From the human T2T-CHM13v2.0 reference genome, Homo sapiens, in assembly GCF_009914755.1 (NCBI RefSeq), contig NC_060937.1: DNA of 64,000 nucleotides; one strand, written 5' to 3'. The notes beneath the pieces are model-generated. The model made no database searches. It was given only the letters and a program-made list of their open reading frames with translations, and was not told where the DNA came from. Made by a program: the position numbers and the translations under genes. Of the stretch, positions 37,150 to 49,059 are shown one piece after another; the stretch's first letter is position 1; every line of letters starts with the position of its first letter.

Positions 37150-39774
37150 AATCAGGCAGTCTATTATATGGAAATGATTTTAAGCCAAGTCTCAGCTTCA
37201 AGCTTGCTAAGATGTAGCCTTTTATTCCCTCTGTGGTTGCAGAAATCTATAAGATTCCATGCCTGCTTACGTTCCTGGCTTGTGTTTTGGGTCCATTGCA
37301 TGCATTCAACCCCACGTGGTGGATCCCAGCCCACTTGGCTAAGACTTTGGTGCCTTTCCTAAATTTTACTGGCCTGTCATATGAGGGAACTTAACTCTCA
37401 CCCCTTAACTCTCATGCCTACTCTACCTCTTGAAGTCGTGCTCTGAATTGGACAACCTTTCTGGAACCAAAGGGCTGCCATCACTCAACTTCAATATTTA
37501 CTACTGCCTGGAAACATCTGCTCTAGTTCTTTACTCATTCTTTGGCTATAATCTCCTTTTTGGTTCCAGTCAATGTGATTAACCATTAAATCCTCGCCCC
37601 CTCTCTCCAGGTGACAAATCATACGCCAACTTTGCTGTTGTGACCTGGTCATGCCTCATCCCTCTTTTGTTCTAGTCTCTTTTCTTCTATTCTAGTCTGG
37701 ACTTGAAGTCCCAGCACACTCCTCAGTTGGGCCTGTCAAGGTTATAGCATTAAGCTAATAACATAGCAATTCCTTAAAAGCATAGCATTTTTCTATCCTG
37801 TCATTTCACTTCAAGTCCTTCTTGTAGCCAGCCTCAAGTTGGGATATAACTTATAATTACAAAAGGAAGTTACTAGGATCATAATGCATATATATTATAT
37901 TATTGAACATAGAAGCATTACTCTGGTCAGAAACACTCATGGCAGATCTTCAAATTCCTGATGGCACCTGCTCTTTTCTTGCTACATACAATATTACATC
38001 ATGGTAACTTGTTTTACTTTTTTCTAATATACACTATTTCCAAGAGCGTATTCATTGTCCTGAGGAATCTCTCATTCCATATTTCAGGGATCAGTGATAT
38101 GTGTATACTCCACTTTTGAATCAGCCCTCTGTAGTTCCTGTGTGATGCTGAAAGAGTTCTTTCTTTTCTCTGGCATTCTCTCGGCTTTTCCTCTCTGGAA
38201 AATTTTTGTAACCACATGTGTACATTTAGTACCACAGACTTTTCTTCAAGTGATAATTTATGGAAAACCAATCCATGTGCATTACGAGTGCCAATGTTGT
38301 AAGTCCATATAATCATATAATTTCAGGATCAGTTTCAGCCAGAAAACAGAGAAATCAATCTTTGGTATGCTGGCACAATCCTCATATCCACATTCAGAAG
38401 GGGATACTGAGTGGGAAAAATCATGGCAGTAATCATTTTACCTGCCTCTGCTCTTAATATTTCAGTGGAGAAATAATTTCTGCTAAAAATTAGGTATGGA
38501 CATGCTACCTATTCTTCTTGGAAATATTTTAAAAGAGATTCCACCCACCTATCACATGGTTCTGCAGGATGAATCATGAGCTCTGTAATGCCACCAAAAG
38601 GCAGATTCTCACACATTTGCTCATGGACCTCCTGGCTGGAGAGATTGGCTGTTCAGATCTGTCATGTTTAGTCATGTACCAGTGATGTGCACTTTCCTTG
38701 GCACAAGGGCAATGGGGTCACTCCATTCGTCTTCAATGTCTGACTTCATTTTAGGGCTTCATCCTTTTCTTCTCTCTCTTGCCATCAAGTCTTGCTTCGG
38801 TCAGTTTCCAAAATCCAATTGCCTGCTTGCTGATGAGGGTTTCCATGGCAACTTCCATTGGTGGCATTATTGCCTCCATTGCTCCATTTGGTCTCTGCTT
38901 TGTGGCACTAAGCTCTTCTTTCCAGGTTAGACCTAAACATTCCTGATTCTCTTTCCAGCCTCTTTGTTCTTATATTGTGCTTGACTTGGATCAGAGCCTC
39001 TCTGAGTTCAATTTCCATATTGAATTTTGTTCTCAGACCAACCAGAGAGAATCAGAATCCCAGTCCACCCTGCAATAAACATATACCCATTCCTGGACCC
39101 CACCTAGAAATAATTCTACATGTTAACTACTTGAAAACTCACTTAATCATCATTTCTTTCTTATTGTCTTATATATATCTTTTTTCAGGTGCATTCCTCT
39201 GGTTGGAAATGTTTATTAGTCATTCACTCCTTAGTGTAAAATGACTCTATCACCCAGTGAGAAATTGGCAGTCCTGAATAAAGGTGGAAGATTGAGAAGT
39301 GGGCGTGTGGGGCAAGAGGTCATTTTTAAATGTAAAAAACTATGAAACAAGAAGGGAGATGATTCCTTCTATAGGGAGATGTTCCAAAAACATAAAGATT
39401 CTAGAGCTGGAGGAAATGAGACAGCACTTTGAGGAACAGAGTTTGGCGGTGCTGTTGATAAAGGAAGGTAAAAGGACAAAATCATTCAATTTGTAGACTT
39501 CTTCAGCACATTGGTGACAGTGCCTGCAACTGACTACTGGAAGCCACTGCCTTTTGCCCTTGACATGCTTTGGTAGGTTGTGTTGCCTATGTTTGTGCTG
39601 TATGTTACCAGATACAAATTTAAATCTTCCTCATGTAGTATTCTTAAAGAAACATCAGACGCATTTCAGATCTATCCCACTCTACCTAGAAGATGGACTT
39701 CGTTTCTTCCTTCCACATTCTTATTCTCTTTCCTCCTCTCCGCTTTAATCTCTTCAGGAAAAGGCACATCAGTA

Positions 39775-39943
39775 GCCAGGCACAGTGGCTCATGCCTGTA
39801 ATTCTAGCACTTTTGAGAGGCCAAGGAGAGAGGATTTCTTGAGCCCAGGAGTTCGAGGCTGCAGTGAGCCATGATCACCGCACTGCACTCCAGCCTGGGT
39901 GAGAGAACGAGACTCTGTCTTAAAACAAACAAACAAACAAACA
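39775..39943 (+). mobile_element. Monomeric Alu (left-arm/right-arm chimera or FRAM-like) with (CAAA)n tail
   Basis: Perfect 16-bp TSD aaaaggcacatcagta at 39759-39774 and 39944-39959. Confidence 0.9.
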
Positions 39944-40119
39944 AAAAGGCACATCAGTAACCATTCTCATAAGGCTTGTTGCCTTACTATCTAGAAGCAT
40001 ATAGTTAACAACATAAACACAAAAAGGAGAAATAAACACACAGTCTACTTAGTCACATAGGATGAATAGGTATTTAGAAATCTTTGAAATACCAGGCATC
40101 TTGCTCTTTACTCTCTTAT

Positions 40120-40340
40120 AGTAGAGAGTAAAGGTTCTGTCTGGACTTGGCATGATCAGAGTGTGGCTCCTTATCCTGCCTCTTATCTGGCCAGAAGCCC
40201 TTGAGGAATTTATTTAACCTCTTGGAGCCCAAGATTATCCAGGGAAAAGGAGAACAAAAATACCTCTCTCTTAGGGTTGTGAAGATAAAGAGATAAAATT
40301 TGTAATGTGTCTGGGAGTGTTAATCCATATTAAATTTCAA
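40120..40340 (+). mobile_element. MIR SINE
   Basis: ttatttaacctcttggagccc...tacctctctcttagggttgtgaagataaagaga. Confidence 0.6.
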
Positions 40341-40689
40341 GAAAGGTTATATTTAGTACACACTGGTGAAAAAAATAAAGACTCTTTAGTTCTCAAGATC
40401 TTTTGTCTTGAAATTTTTCTATCAATATCCATCTAAAAATTTATCTAACAAAATAATTATTCAGTGACTCATGTGGACCAGCCAGTATAAAATTTGATAT
40501 CATTCCTTTTTCTGGATTTCAGTTGAGTATGCGACTTAGACTTATTTTGAAACCAAATCACGGGAACAGAGTCACCTTCATTAGACTCATGATATTTGTG
40601 CTCTTGTTGGCTGGTTTAGCATTCTCTGCTTGCTTACTGTATTTGAAAAACCAGTCATGATTCATCATAGAGTCTCAATTGTCTTGAGA

Positions 40690-41330
40690 GCCCATTCGTT
40701 TCAATGCAATCAATATTTATATGCCACTTTCTGTGTGCAGAGGGTTGTGCTAGACACCCAAAGGCAGGGAGTGGTTAAAGAAGAAAGAATAAAACACTGT
40801 TCTGTTTCAAGAAACAGTAAATATGGCTGAGAGCCAAAGCATCAAGCAGATGACTAATAGAAAACAATGAAGTGAATGCGATGAGCAAGTGATATGAAAA
40901 ATATGGAGAGAGAGAGGTTCATTCTGGCTGGGGAAACCAATTAGTAGATGAGGTAGCATTTCTACCTAACCTTGAAGAATGAGCAGCACCTGACCTGGGA
41001 AGATGGAAAGAGAGAGACACCTGTGTAGACAAACAAGGTAAGCATCTATTAATATATTGTCATATTCAGGGAAATAGTGAATTTAGCCTAAGGTATAGCT
41101 TTGGAAGCACAGAATCACTAAATTTTATAGCTGGAAGGGACTCTAGTATCCGATCCACTCATTTTAAAAGCATGTGTTCAAGGAAAGTATGGAGATATGT
41201 TTTGAAAAGCATGCTGGATTAATTCATGGAGAGCCTGGAATGTCATTTGAAAAGTCTGGACTTCATATCACAGGTGATGGATATTTTCCAGAGGTTTTTG
41301 AGTAGTAGAATTGAATGCATTTATAGCTCT
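40690..41330 (-). mobile_element. L2 LINE remnant
   Basis: cattcgtttcaatgcaatcaatatttatatgcc...ccttgaagaatgag...agcctggaatgtca...ggtttttgag. Confidence 0.6.
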
Positions 41331-41356
41331 TATTTCTGCTTTGGATACTTCTATAA

Positions 41357-41845
41357 CAGTTGTTCTCAAAGCTGGACCAGTATCTGGAGAGTTTGTTAAA
41401 ATACTGATTGCTGGCCCCCAATTCTAGAGTTTCTGATTCAGTAGGTCTAGATGGGGCCCAATAATCTGCATTTCTAACAGGTCCTCAGGTGAAGGTGATG
41501 CTGCTGGCCTAAAGACCACATTTCAAGAACCACTGCTGTATTGCACTCTACTGGTTCTCAACCATGGATGTTCATTAAGGTCATCTGAGGAGCTTCTAAA
41601 AAGTACTCAGGCCTGTGCCCTGCCTCAGACCAGTTGACCGGGAGGCCCTGAGGATGGGAAATAGGTGGAGGTCGTTTTTCAAAGCTCCCAGGTGATAACC
41701 CAGGTCAGCACTTCTCATATTCTCTCGTGCATAGGAATTTTGTCAAGATGCAGGTTCCTTTTTAGTAGGTCTGGGTTGAGGCCTGAGGTTATGCATTTCT
41801 AATGAGTTTCCAGCAGATGTCAATGCTCCTGGCCAGTAGACCAGC
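41357..41845. mobile_element. Three adjacent MER5A/MER5B elements
   Basis: 41357-41535 (cagttgttctcaaa...gaaccactg), about 41550-41700 (ggttctcaacc...aaagctccccaggtga), about 41705-41845 (cttctcata...tgcatttctaatgagtttccag). Confidence 0.8.
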
Positions 41846-42022
41846 AAGGCTCAAGGAAATTCAATATTCTTCTTCCTTTTTCTTCCCACTTTTCTCTCCA
41901 AGTTTCTATTTAGTGCTTGATTCAGTCTCTCTGCCCCCAGTGCAATGTCTCAATGCAATGCTGCCCCAACACACCATCCCTGAACCCCAATTTCAATTAT
42001 GCCTCAGAAAAAAATCAGACCA

Positions 42023-42330
42023 GGCCAGGTGTGATGGCTCATGCCTATAGTCCCAGCACTTTGGGAGGCTGAGGCGGGCAGATCACTAGAGGTCAGGAGT
42101 TTGAGACCAGCTGGCCAACATAGTGAAACCTCATCTCTGCTAAAAATACAAAAATTAGCTGGGCGTGGTGGTGTGTGCCTCTAATCCCAGCTACTTGGGA
42201 GGCTGAGGCACGAGAATCACGTGAACCCAGGAGGCAGAGGTTGCAACGAGCCAAGATCACAACACTGTACTACTCCAGCCTGGGAAACAGAGCGAGACTC
42301 CAGCAAAAAAAAAAAAAAAAAAAGAAAGAA
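42023..42330 (+). mobile_element. AluS SINE
   Basis: Full dimeric Alu with poly-A tail; TSD aaatcagac. Confidence 0.95.
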
Positions 42331-44669
42331 AGAAATCAGACTGACTTGGGATTTGGCCAGCCATTGAGTTGATCTGGAGATGAGACTCTGGGCAGACACT
42401 GATGCAATGCAGGTGAGTGTGCCCCCAATAGCCCAGGCCTAGATGACTCCTTCTGTCCCCACCAACTCCTGCATGTGGTGCTTGGCAGGCCACCCACACG
42501 CCTTCATCGAACCTTTTCCTTACAAGCTCCTGAGCTCTGCCTGCCCACCTTCTCTCAGCAAGTTGCTTTTTTGCACAAATTACTCTTTTTTATAAGCATA
42601 ATTCCCAAAGAGAGAATAAGAAGCTTTCTGGCGTATCTATTAATCATGAGGGAGATTGGAAGCTGGGAATAAGGAAAAGGGAGAAAGAGACCTATAAACT
42701 AAATAGAAAATGCCCATCTGAAACAAGCCTTCTCCGACAGGCCCCCGGTAGGACCTGCACTCCTGTCCCTTACCTTAGATGCCTCTTCCCTTTTCTTGCG
42801 TGTGTGTTGGGGCGGAGGACGGACGGGGTTAGGCAGGGGAGCAAAGAGACTTTTCCCCTTTTATTTTCTTCCGTGAATTATGACAATGGTTTGAAGTGCT
42901 CTTGCCTAGAAAACTGTGCTTGGAGGAGTGAAAATGAAAACATTTCAAGGTTGTAAGGTGAATCTTCTTCTCTTACAACCTTGGGTAGATCAACACCAGG
43001 ACACCCAAATTATTTCGATTAAAGGAAGATATCTGAGTACAAGCTGCACTGTGCTGTTAATGAACAAAGAAAGAAAACAGTAATTGTTTTGCTAAGCTGT
43101 GTTTATATGAACAAAAGCCTCAGAAAGAGTTTAGCCCTTGAAATTCTTCATGGGACCTTGCGACATCACCACTTAGGAGGGGGAACTGATAATATGTTTG
43201 CTGATTATATGTGGGTGAGGACATTTTTGCAAGGGTTCCAGGGGCGACTTCCAAATGGACATGAATATAGACTCATGCAGAGGCTGCAGGAATTCAGGCC
43301 AATTGTGATACTCTGTGATACTCACAAATTTGGGTCACTCTCTCAATTAGTTTAGCTCCTCATCTGTGTGAGTACAGAAACAAAAGCTACTTGGAGGCCT
43401 TGTGGGTTGGCAGAGCATCTTAAAATACCCTCCTAAAGAGGCAGTGCTGCAAATTCAAAACAGACTTTCAAAATAAACTCAGCAGGGCAGCACTCCGGGG
43501 GTGCTTCCAGAGCCAGCCCCCACCCCACCCCCAGTTCTCAGTTCTAGGTGTTTGAAACTGCAGTACCCTTGGCTGTTACAATCCTCCCCTCCCCCATGAG
43601 CCTGCTTCTCCCTGGAGGAATCAATCATTCTGCAATACAGCTGAGATTTCTACCAGTCCAGATGCAAGCTTTCACAAACCCGACACGCCCCCTGTCTTCT
43701 GTTAGTCATTATCAATCTTCCCGTTGTGGTGGAGGGAATTAGGTGTACTTAGTGAGCTCTCAAATAAGTAAGTGGTCATGTGAAAAGCCAGGCATATGAT
43801 ACATACAGTCGGATCAGGACTTTAATCTTGGAAGTCGTCTGGGACATGGGGTGTTTTGCAGTAACAAGGACAATTCTCTCAGAACTAAATCCAAATTCTG
43901 TCTGTCCTGTTTGTCTCAGGCATTTCTGCCACCAGAGCAAACTTTTTATGCTTTGGAGCATAAGTACAGATCATCTGTTGTGCTTTAAAGTGGGTGTTTT
44001 TTTTTTTTTTTAAGGAGCTAATTCGGTTGTGCAATACCATCAAGAGGCGCCACTTGTAAATTATATTTAGGTGTGTGTGTGTTCCTCCCCTCGCGGGGCT
44101 GATGAATCATATCCATCTTCGTGTCATTATGTAACTCTACACTTGCAAGAAGGGCTGCGAGCCCCTGCCATACACCAGAGGCTCCTGCCCATCTGCGCTC
44201 CACCCAGCAGGAGGGTCTCTGCTCTTCCAACACCAGCCTTGGCCTCTCTGCGGAAAAGCAAGTGTAGTGACTAACTCATCCTCTGTTCCCAGTTTTAACT
44301 GAAGGTCCTGTGTTCAAATGGGATCAGCTGGCCACACTACCTGGTCTGGCTCTTTGCCCATTTCTGGCCTCAGGCGCTGAGGGTGTGGACATTAGCACGG
44401 GTCCTATGGGCTTGGGGTTCCATCCAGGCCTTCCTGTTCTAACAAGAAATCTGGAAGACTGCACACCCTGGAGGCAGGAGGCAGGCCTGGGGTACAACAA
44501 GATCTGCTGTGGTCGTGGAGAAGAGGACAGCACTCCCTTTCCTCGTGGAAGTATGGACAGGTGTGAAGGAGTTCCCTGTGCCGAAGCAGACAGGGGCCCT
44601 ACAAGTGAGAGGTTGCTATTTCTATTACATGGCAGTAAGAATGAAACCAAGAGTCATTGTGTATGTGGG

Positions 44670-44800
44670 GGAAGAACACAAGGTTGGGAGCCAAACTGGG
44701 TTTATATATTAGTCATGCCACTCATTTATTGTTTCTGGGATGAATTATTTAGTCACTGTCAGCCTCAGTTTCCTTGTCATTAAAATAGAAATCATAAGTA
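44670..44800 (+). mobile_element. MIR SINE
   Basis: aactgggttt...gccactcatttattg...agcctcagtttccttgtcattaaaatag. Confidence 0.65.
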
Positions 44801-45004
44801 CTATACTCAAACCTCAAGACAGTATTTTCTGTATTAAAAGGCCATCAAATTCTGATTTGCTTCTCCTAGACTTCAGAATAAGGGAGTAACCTTGGCTTTT
44901 GGACCAGGCTTGCTTAGTCTCTGGTCCCTCTTCTTCCCTCCTCCTGCCCCATCCTGCCGTCTCTTGCAAATCTAATGTGCTTTGGCACTCAGGCAGTTGT
45001 TACT

Positions 45005-46230
45005 CTGTGTGCTCATTAAAGCAAAACAGCTGCTATAACAATCAACCCCCAAACTTCAGTGGCTTATTGTAATAGAAGTTCTCTCAGAAGTCTGGTGCAA
45101 GTGGGGAATGGGGTGCTCAGCTCCACTTGGACATTCAGGGACCCAGGAACTCCATCGTCCTCAGCACATGGCCTCTAAGGGTGAAGAAGGTACATCCACT
45201 TGTCTTGGAAGGGACACATATCACTAGAGTTCATTGACAAAAAAGGTAAACTCTGTAAAATGTTGGAAGAGATTTATTCTGGGCCAAATGTGAGTGACTG
45301 TGGCCTTTTACACAGGCTCAGGAGGTCCTGAGAATATGTGCCCAAGGTAATTGGGTTACAGCTCAGTTTTATACATTTTTAAGGAGACTGAAGTTATAGG
45401 CACAGACATAAATTATTAATGGAAGGTATACATTGGTTTGGTCCAGAAAGGCAGGATCTCTGGGTGAAGGAGGGGGGTGCCTCACAGGTCATAAGTGGAT
45501 TCAAAGATTTTCTAATTGGCAATTGGTTGAAAAAGTTAAGCTTTTCCTAAAGAATTGAAGTCGGGAGAAAGAAATGTCTGAGGTAAGATAAGGGCGGTTG
45601 TGGAAGCCAGAGTTCTTGTTGTATAGATGAAGCTCCCAGGTAGCAGACTTCAGAGAGGATAGATGGTAAATGTCTCTTACAGGATCTTAAAAGGTGTGAG
45701 ACTCTTAGTTAAATCTCTCTTGGATCCTGGAAAGGGAAGGGGATGCTCTGCAGAATGCAAATTTCCCCCACAATTTGCATGGCCATTTCAAAATAGGTCA
45801 AATAAATATATTTTGCAGTAAAGTACTTTGATTTCCTTCAGGGTTTGTTATCTGTCTTGTGATACCATACCAGAGTCAGGTTGGAATTTTGTATCTTACT
45901 GCCACAAAGAGTCTGTGTTGTCAGTCTTAGGATCTGTTTTACTGTTAACCCTGGTTAGTTGTGCCTGAATTCCAGAGGGAGGGGGTACAATGAGGCATGC
46001 CTGACCCCCACCCCCAACTCTTCTGTCATGGCCTGATCTAGATTTTCAGGTTTCTGTAGGATCCTATTGGCCAAGGGAGTAGGGGTAGGGATGTCCATTC
46101 AGCTGGTTGTGGGCCTTAGAATTCTACTTTCGGTTTACAAGTTCATACTCAGTTGCAAAAACTAGTCACATGCCCCCACCTGGAGGCAAGAGGGTCTAGT
46201 TGTGCAACCACTTCCCAGCCACCATTCTAA
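45005..46230 (-). mobile_element. Old MLT1 LTR split by a MER4D-like LTR
   Basis: agctgctataaca...tcagtggctta...attcagggacccagg (left part) continues as aactagtcacatgcccccacct...gcaag (right part). Confidence 0.6.
45232..46139 (-). mobile_element. MER4D-like ERV1 solo LTR
   Basis: ttgacaaaaaag...aactctgtaaaa...gagatttattctg...ggaggtcctgagaatatgtgcccaagg...ccttagaattctactttcggtttaca; 4-bp TSD agtt (45228-45231 / 46140-46143). Confidence 0.85.
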
Positions 46231-46332
46231 CTAGGAATTGTCCTTTCATGTCCTAAGTTTTTCAGACTTCTAGATTGTGTGGGGCACTGTGCTGGGCATT
46301 CAGAATAAAATACATGATTAAGACACAGTCCT

Positions 46333-46928
46333 TGAAACTGTCCCCACAGGGTTGACAAGAATTGCATGCTTGGTTCTGGACAGAAAAATAGTTACAATTA
46401 ATCAGGCTGCAATCTGGTCCACTTCCTTGTTGCTAAAAGTCACATGGCACTGGATACTATTTGCATACCGTTGTTCCTCTAGATAGGATTTCTGACATTA
46501 GAGTCCTAAGATTGCTTAAGAATTGAGTTGCATTCGTATTATTCCTATAGACAGGATCTCTGAGATTAGAATCATATAAGGCTTTTGTTTAAGGGTCAGT
46601 CATTTAAGATGTTTTCCAGACCCTGAATTCCAGCAACCAGTTTGAGGACCCTCACAAAGAAATGGGATCAGCATGAGAACACAGCTTCTTCCCCTCCCTG
46701 TCCCATGACTTCGCCCTGGACTCTTCGACTAATCAACCGTCTCCACACTTCAGCCCACTCCAACCCCTAAAAACGCTAGCCCCAAATTCCTCAGAGAGAT
46801 GGATTTGAGGTTCCCTCCCTTCTCCTTGGTCAATGACCCTAAAATTAAGCCTTTTTCTCTGCTGCAACTTGGTGTCTTTGCATATTGACTTGCTGTGTGC
46901 ACCAGGCAATGAACCCATTATGGTTACA
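46333..46928 (+). mobile_element. ERV1-class solo LTR, about 600 bp (subfamily not assigned)
   Basis: TG...CA termini (tgaaactg...ggttaca), gagatggatttgag, attaagcctttttctctgctgcaa and tgtgcaccaggcaatgaaccc typical of MER4-group 3' ends. Confidence 0.75.
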
Positions 46929-47079
46929 CCCATACCTCCAAGGAACTTGCCTTACATATTGGTAAACTATACTCCTCTTCCCTGGCTTGCAGCAATAAGA
47001 TTCAGCCTTTTGGCATGTCTTTTGATATATAGGATAATGAATACAGAGTACAGGGGAAAAGAAAATCAGCTAGTAACCA

Positions 47080-47250
47080 AATTCAAAGCTGGGAGGGATC
47101 TTGGAGGTCATCTGTACAAAAAAAAAAAAATTGTCAATGGATAAGAAACATGAGACCAAGAGAATTTAAATGACTTGCCCAAATTCTTCTAGTTGATTAG
47201 TCCAAGAATCAGGTTAAAATCCTGCTCCTTTCATCTTCCAGTCTTTAACA
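47080..47250 (-). mobile_element. MIR-family remnant
   Basis: gctgggagggatcttggaggtcatct...gaaacatgagaccaagaga...aaatgacttgcccaa. Confidence 0.6.
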
Positions 47251-49059
47251 CTTCCTAATATGTCAGAATCTTTCTGACGACTGTGTAACATGTAAGAGTT
47301 TATGAGTTCAGTCCTGTTTTAGTATGTGTTTAGGCAAAAGGGGCTAATGGTGAGTCCCAATGTGGTGGCTTTTGTAGATAACATAGTCAACATTCACCAT
47401 CATACCTGCAGAACATGCGGACATCATTGCCTCATTGGGAAATTATGTTGCCTCTTTGGAGTATGATCTTTGCCTCTTCTTTTAATTCTCCCTGCATTCA
47501 ATAACACCTCAGCTCATGTGCCAAAAACCTGTCCAGTTCACCTCAGGTAATACTACCTGTCAGGTTTCATCTGTCCCATTTGAAGCCTAATGAGCCTCAA
47601 AAGTTTGAATAATGTTTTGTTTTCAACACACAGTGCTGTCTACCATGTACCCAAAGCGAATGGCCATATGTATAAATTGGTTTAGCTTATTTCTAAAAGC
47701 ATAAATCCCAGAGGGCATAAGTGTATGGGTTCAAATGGCCAAGTCAGTATGATCTATCAGCTCTGGTTAGATTGGCATAATCAGCTTTGACATAGAGATA
47801 TAAGGGGCACTTGGGGACTTTTAAGAGTGAGTGGTAATCCTGACCTTTGAGTCCCTGGTCAAGTGGCATATCCAGTATGTAAGGGAGTCATTTTTCTTAA
47901 TGGAGATTTCCTTTCATGGAGATGCTCCTGACCAGAAAACTTTTACTTCCAGGAGCTCTCAGACTGGAGTATACTTCTCAGAGACACACTGACCTATGAG
48001 CCTGAAAGTCAGGCTATTCCTGAGGATTCCAAATCTCCTTTCTGGAAAAGTAGGAGTAGTGGATATATTTAAGTGAAGTGAGAAAAAAGAGTTTACCAAT
48101 GTAAATATAAGCTTCTTGAGCGTAAGGCCATGTCTTCCTAATGTCCTAGTCTAGAGCTGTTGAGTGAATTCCACTTCTATTCCTAATGAGTCTGGCAATT
48201 GAGACCCTGGAGAAGCTTGGTAAATGGTTCTGAGACTAAGAAGAAACTGTATATGCCCTGCAATTCTGAAGCTACTCTTCTCAGACAGTAGGTTTACATC
48301 GTATCAGAGCATATGACTGTGGCATTTCTATAATAAACCAGACCAGTTTAAGGGCCTTGGAATAATCTCTCTCTCTCTCTCTCCTGCCCCACCCCAAAGT
48401 GCCCATATCCAACTGGGAAAGGCTAGAAACTCTATAACCTATTTCCCAATATGAAGATGTATGTGTTTCTGGACATGTGACTGAGTTTAAATTCCCTGGA
48501 GAGTCTCTGATTCTACTGCAGTCTAAAATTCATGTACTCAGCTGTTCAGCTGGAAGAAACAGGGCTGGATGGGAAGACTGATTTCTTAATATATAAATAA
48601 AATGAAGTTTTCCTACTATCCTAGTCTTGGAAATTTTACCTACAATTAAGTATTTACCTACATTTCTCCAGAAAGCTACCTAGACACTGATTTATCTTCT
48701 ACAGACATGTTTTAGATTGTGCTGAAATGGCCAAGTTTTTCCTAAGTTGGCAAAAAAAAAAAAAAAAAATCCATTCCATGTGGCTGGAATCAAGCCCACT
48801 GAGATTTTCACCAAGGGCAAAAATACCTTGTATGTGTATCAAAAGCAGTTGGAAAAAACTGGCTCTATTTTTCTGCACCAACATCATCAGACTAATGGCA
48901 TTCCAGTCAATTAGTTGGCATTGTTCTCTTTGGTGTGCATCAGAAGGGCCCAACTTAAGCTGGACTCAAAATCCTGTCCCTTCTTCTGGATTCTAAATCT
49001 GAATGGATAGTTTATGTTCTTGTCCTCTCATATGTTGATTCTTGAAGACTGCATACTAC

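Noticed and set aside
44035-44053. Second CTCF-like motif ataccatcaagaggcgcca (weaker ones near 27016 and 49278)
   Set aside because: Mismatches at conserved core positions; not supportable without ChIP data
44310-44783. 157-aa ORF on the plus strand
   Set aside because: Non-ATG start, ends in a MIR, and has no recognisable protein features
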